Under the pieces are notes generated by a model, which worked only from the letters and a program-made list of their open reading frames with translations, was not told the origin of the DNA and ran no database searches. Positions 13,355 through 16,924 of a DNA stretch of 16,924 nucleotides are shown here, one piece after another. Source of the stretch: Candidatus Acetothermia bacterium (GTDB taxonomy: Bacteria > Bipolaricaulota > Bipolaricaulia > M55B111); the NCBI GenBank assembly GCA_046543235.1, contig JBKGZT010000028.1, positions 1 to 16,924 of the forward strand, in the 5' to 3' direction. Position 1 is the stretch's first letter. Each line of letters starts with the position of its first letter. Position numbers and translations under genes: made by a program.

Positions 13355-14379
13355 GCAAAAAAGAAGAAGGCACGGTCCAGATCACCCACGGTGCAGGAGG
13401 GCGGAAGATGGGAGAGCTGCTTGGAAAGCATGTGTTGAGTTCCCTGACGAACAAGAGCGCGGGCGAGATAGGACTCGACCAGCTGGACGACGGAGCGACA
13501 GTGGATAACGGGGAAGGCGGGACGCTCGTATTGACGACGGATAGCCACGTGGTGAACCCCTTGTTTTTCCCGGGCGGTGACATAGGCCGCCTGGCGGTCT
13601 GCGGTACGGTAAACGACCTCGCGGTAATGGGGGCCGAACCGATTGCGCTGACTTCGAGTCTGATCATCGAGGAGGGTTTTCCCTTCTCAAAGCTGGACGG
13701 AGTGATGGAATCCATGGAGGAGTCCAGCAAAGAAGCCAGAGTTCCGATCATCACCGGCGATACGAAGGTCATGGGTAAGGGGGACCTGGACGGACTGGCG
13801 ATCAATACTGCTGGTCTTGGCGTGGTGGACCGGCCCGTATCGGATGCCGGGATGGAGCCGGGAGATATGGTGATTATTAGCGGCACGGTTGGAGATCATG
13901 GAATGGCGTTGATGCAGTATCGCGAAGGTCTTAGCTTTGAAACTAAGCTGGAATCCGATATCGCCCCGCTAAACGAGATGTTGGGGGAAGCAACCCGGGC
14001 CGGGGAAGTGACAGCGATGAAGGACCCGACCAGAGGGGGCTTAGCGGCGGCTTTGAACGAGATGGCAGATAAGAGCGGCTACGGACTGACCATCAAGGAA
14101 AAGGCGGTGCCGATTCGGGAGGCCGTCACCGGGATAGCGAATTTGTTAGGAATTAGCCCTTACGAAGTGGCAAACGAAGGGAAGGCGATCATAGTGGTAA
14201 AGGAAGAGGACGCCGAAAACGTTCTGGGGGCTTTGAAATCTCATCCTCTCGGGGAAGAAGCGGCGTTAGTGGGTAAGGTAACCCGGGAGAACCCGGGGAA
14301 AGTGATAATGAAGACGCAAGTGGGGGGTAGGCGTTTCCTGGAAGCCCCCATGGGAGATCCGGTCCCGAGGATTTGTTAG
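13351..14379 (+). CDS. hypE: Carbamoyl dehydratase HypE
   Basis: Motifs HGAGG, PLFFPGGDIG, GTVNDL, GDTKV, DPTRGG, ANEGK and C-terminal PRIC. GTGA overlap with hypD. Confidence 0.98.
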   Translation: MSKKEEGTVQITHGAGGRKMGELLGKHVLSSLTNKSAGEIGLDQLDDGATVDNGEGGTLVLTTDSHVVNPLFFPGGDIGRLAVCGTVNDLAVMGAEPIALTSSLIIEEGFPFSKLDGVMESMEESSKEARVPIITGDTKVMGKGDLDGLAINTAGLGVVDRPVSDAGMEPGDMVIISGTVGDHGMALMQYREGLSFETKLESDIAPLNEMLGEATRAGEVTAMKDPTRGGLAAALNEMADKSGYGLTIKEKAVPIREAVTGIANLLGISPYEVANEGKAIIVVKEEDAENVLGALKSHPLGEEAALVGKVTRENPGKVIMKTQVGGRRFLEAPMGDPVPRIC

Positions 14380-14420
14380 TCCAGTCCGGATTTCTGCCTT
14401 CCTCAGGTTTTTGTAACCGG

Positions 14421-14449
14421 TTGATACTAATTTAGCAGTGTAGTATATT
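14421..14449 (+). promoter_or_regulatory. Near-consensus sigma70 promoter for infB
   Basis: TTGATA (14421-14426), 17-bp spacer, TATATT (14444-14449). SD GGAGG at 14471-14475. Confidence 0.7.
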
Positions 14450-14484
14450 TTCCAATTGAGGCTTAAGTTTGGAGGGATAATCGA

Positions 14485-16245
14485 GTGTCAAAACACAGGG
14501 TTTACGAAATAGCGGACGAGCTTGATATGGAAAGCAAGGAAATGCTGGAAATCCTTGACGAACTCGGTATGGGGGAGCTAACTCCCCTCAATACGGTGGA
14601 CGACGAGGAGAGGGACCTGATACTGGAACTCTACGAGGAAGGAGAAGAGGGGACGGAGGAAAAAGCCGAAGAGGAAATCGAGGAAGAAGAGACCGAGGAG
14701 GAAATAGAAGAGGAAGTTTCCGAAGCAGAGGAGGAAGAAGAGGAAGAAGCACCACGAAGACCCGCGGTGGTTTCCGTTCTCGGCCATATCGATCACGGTA
14801 AGACGACTCTACTCGATACCATAAGGGAAGCAAGGGTGGCCCAGGGTGAAGCCGGAGGAATCACGCAGTCGATCGGTGCTTACCAGCTCGAGTGGGACGG
14901 AAACGAATTTACCTTCGTGGATACACCCGGACACAAGGCTTTTAGCTCGATGAGATCCCGAGGTGCTCAGGCGACGGACATCGCAATATTGGTTGTTGCG
15001 GCGGACGATGGGATAATGGACCAGACGGAAGAGGCTATGGCCCATATAGAAGCTGCCGGGATCCCGATGATCGTGGCGATCAATAAGATAGATAAGAACA
15101 ACGCCAACCCTCAGGAGACGATGAACGAGCTAGCCCGTAAAGGGTATACCCCGGACGACTGGGGCGGGGACACGATAATGGTTCAGCTTTCTGCTCTGAC
15201 CGGGGAAAACGTCGAGGAGTTGCTGGACATGCTCAGCCTCGTAGCGGATATGGAGAGGCCTTCAGGTGATCCGGATGGTGAACTGGAGGGCTTTATTGTC
15301 GAGAGTCACCTCGATTCTCGAAGCGGCCCGCTCGCTACCGCGATCATCCAGAAAGGCACCATAAGGCCGCGTGATGTCCTGGTCGTCGGTAATACCCACG
15401 GAAGGGTCAAGCGGCTGACGGACGAGAGCGGTCAGGTCGAAGAAGCCGGACCGGGGAAGCCCGTAGAGATAATGGGTCTGAAGGATGTTCCGCCTGCCGG
15501 TTCCAGCATCGAGGCCTACGACGACGTGGGGGTCGCGAAGAAAGTAGCGGAAGAGAGGAAGGAAGAGGAACAGCAGAAACGAAGAGGCGGGAAGCAGTCC
15601 GTGGAGGACCTGTTTGCTCAGGCGGAAAAGGATAACCTGGATTTAGTCGTCAAGGCGAGCTCCCGCGGTTCCCTGGATGCGGTAAAGCAGGAGCTTGACG
15701 AGATAGAAGTCGAAGACATCGAGATAGAAGTTCTCCACGAAGGGGTCGGTGATATCTCGGAAAGCGACATAATGCTGGCTTCTTCCTCGGGAAATTACTC
15801 CGCCGTGCTCGGCTTCGGCGTGGACGTCAGAAGTAAGGCGGAGGAAAAGGCCGAACAGCTCGACATCCCGGTCGAAAGCTACAATATAATTTACGACCTG
15901 GTGGATAACGTAAAGCGGGCGATCGGCGAGGTCAAGGGGCCTCAGTACGAAGAAGTCAAGATCGGGGAAGTGGACGTAAGGCAGGTCTTCGAAGTTTCCG
16001 GAACCGGGACTATCGCCGGGTGTTACGTCAAGTCGGGCAAGGTGACTAACAAGTCGACGATAAAGGTCTGGCGCGACGGAGAGTTGCTCCACGAAGGTCC
16101 TATCGAGAGCCTGAAGAGGTTCGAGGAGGACGTGAAGGAAGTCGGCGAGGATTACGAGTGCGGGGTATCAGTCGAGGATTTCGAGGACTTCGAAGAAGGG
16201 GATACTCTGGAAGTAATTACCAAGAAGCGAGTGGAAGCGTTCTAG
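14485..16245 (+). CDS. infB: Translation initiation factor IF-2, short 586-aa form
   Basis: IF2_N motif [10 protein letters not shown]-domain [36 protein letters not shown] and NKID; C-terminal [12 protein letters not shown]...ECG. Confidence 0.99.
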   Translation: MSKHRVYEIADELDMESKEMLEILDELGMGELTPLNTVDDEERDLILELYEEGEEGTEEKAEEEIEEEETEEEIEEEVSEAEEEEEEEAPRRPAVVSVLGHIDHGKTTLLDTIREARVAQGEAGGITQSIGAYQLEWDGNEFTFVDTPGHKAFSSMRSRGAQATDIAILVVAADDGIMDQTEEAMAHIEAAGIPMIVAINKIDKNNANPQETMNELARKGYTPDDWGGDTIMVQLSALTGENVEELLDMLSLVADMERPSGDPDGELEGFIVESHLDSRSGPLATAIIQKGTIRPRDVLVVGNTHGRVKRLTDESGQVEEAGPGKPVEIMGLKDVPPAGSSIEAYDDVGVAKKVAEERKEEEQQKRRGGKQSVEDLFAQAEKDNLDLVVKASSRGSLDAVKQELDEIEVEDIEIEVLHEGVGDISESDIMLASSSGNYSAVLGFGVDVRSKAEEKAEQLDIPVESYNIIYDLVDNVKRAIGEVKGPQYEEVKIGEVDVRQVFEVSGTGTIAGCYVKSGKVTNKSTIKVWRDGELLHEGPIESLKRFEEDVKEVGEDYECGVSVEDFEDFEEGDTLEVITKKRVEAF

Positions 16246-16273
16246 TCAGAACTTCCGGGAGGGGGGCGCAGCC

Positions 16274-16555
16274 ATGAGCGTGGGAATCCTGAAGGTGAAG
16301 TTCGCCCTGACCGGGGTCAGTAGCCTCAAGGAAAAGCGTTCGATTCTGCAGCCATTCATTCAGAAGATCCGGAATAACTATAACATCTCCATAAACGAAC
16401 TCGACGGCGGGGACGATCCCACCACGGCGACACTCGGCTTCGCTCATATAGCGGAGAACAGTTCGCTTAATTACGAGAAGCTTTCACGACTCGTCGAAGA
16501 AGCGGAAAAGGAGAAGGATCTTCGGATAGAGGAGCAATCCACGGAGGTAATTTGA
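16274..16555 (+). CDS. ylxP: DUF503/YlxP family protein
   Basis: MSVGIL...SLKEKR...YNISINE...D motif, 93 aa, in its usual position between infB and rbfA. Confidence 0.9.
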   Translation: MSVGILKVKFALTGVSSLKEKRSILQPFIQKIRNNYNISINELDGGDDPTTATLGFAHIAENSSLNYEKLSRLVEEAEKEKDLRIEEQSTEVI

Positions 16556-16917
16556 TGGGAAAAAGAGCAAAGAACCGGAAGGAAGAGGAATACAAGCGGG
16601 CGCTGGCACGAATAATAGACAAGAACACGCGGGACAGGAAGTTCGATTTTGCCACCGTCACCGACGTTGAGCTAACCGACGACCTCAAGTATGCGACGGT
16701 CTACATCGACCTGATCGGGGACGAAGAGGACAAGGAAGAATCTCTGGAAAAGTTCAACGACGAGGAGGGTTTCTTTCGTACGAACCTGGCCCACGAGGTA
16801 AATCCCAGGTTCACCCCGGAACTGGACTTCAAGCTGGACCGCAGCCTGGATAGGCTTAATAAAATTGAGAAAATACTGGACGAGGACGGGGAGGAAGACG
16901 ACGAGGGTGACCTTTAA
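16555..16917 (+). CDS. rbfA: 30S ribosome-binding factor A
   Basis: Motifs TVTDVELTDDLKYATVY, GFFRTNL and RFTPELDFKLD. The ATG at 16555 overlaps the ylxP stop (TGATG) and follows GGAGGT. Confidence 0.95.
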   Translation: MGKRAKNRKEEEYKRALARIIDKNTRDRKFDFATVTDVELTDDLKYATVYIDLIGDEEDKEESLEKFNDEEGFFRTNLAHEVNPRFTPELDFKLDRSLDRLNKIEKILDEDGEEDDEGDL

Positions 16918-16924
16918 CATTTCG
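16907..16924 (+). CDS. Possible first six codons (MTFNIS) of the next gene; truB or a DHH phosphoesterase would be expected from synteny
   Basis: A GTG overlaps the rbfA end after a purine-rich GAGG stretch, and the frame is open to the window edge. Too short to identify. Confidence 0.25.

Noticed and set aside
13215-13886. 223-aa - strand ORF across hypD/hypE
   Set aside because: Ser/Pro-rich antisense shadow of conserved hyp genes.
14635-14748. GAG/GAA-rich tract as a DNA repeat array or CRISPR
   Set aside because: It is in-frame Glu codons of IF-2, with no repeat-spacer periodicity.

Overview
Gene-dense bacterial core-genome window with no transposase, phage, CRISPR, tRNA or rRNA signal. 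The proteins are strongly Glu-rich, which suggests a salt-in halophile, probably anaerobic (Bipolaricaulota/Acetothermia-like is a guess only). There are five apparent transcription units: (-) rex, M20 amidohydrolase, coaX (coaX is missed by the ORF track because its stop falls at the window edge); (+) class V PLP aminotransferase, ACT-less serA, DUF1015, alaS; (-) haloarchaeal-type dCTP deaminase/dUTPase-like gene, lspA, tmk, dnaN; (+) hypC, hypD, hypE with archaeal-type signature motifs; (+) infB, ylxP, rbfA. The most notable unexplained signals are: (1) a ~170-nt intergenic element (1992-2161) that folds into a long rod with G-U pairs biased to the + strand and an internal 8-bp direct repeat allowing two alternative folds, a candidate ncRNA; (2) a serine pathway operon in which a ParB/SerK-like DGHHR protein (DUF1015) sits where SerB would be, divergent from rex and coupled to alaS; (3) archaeal-type hyp genes back-to-back with a haloarchaeal-like nucleotide gene; (4) orphan expression signals and a REP-like hairpin between the convergent alaS and dnaN. 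All family calls come from motif recognition by eye; no searches were run.
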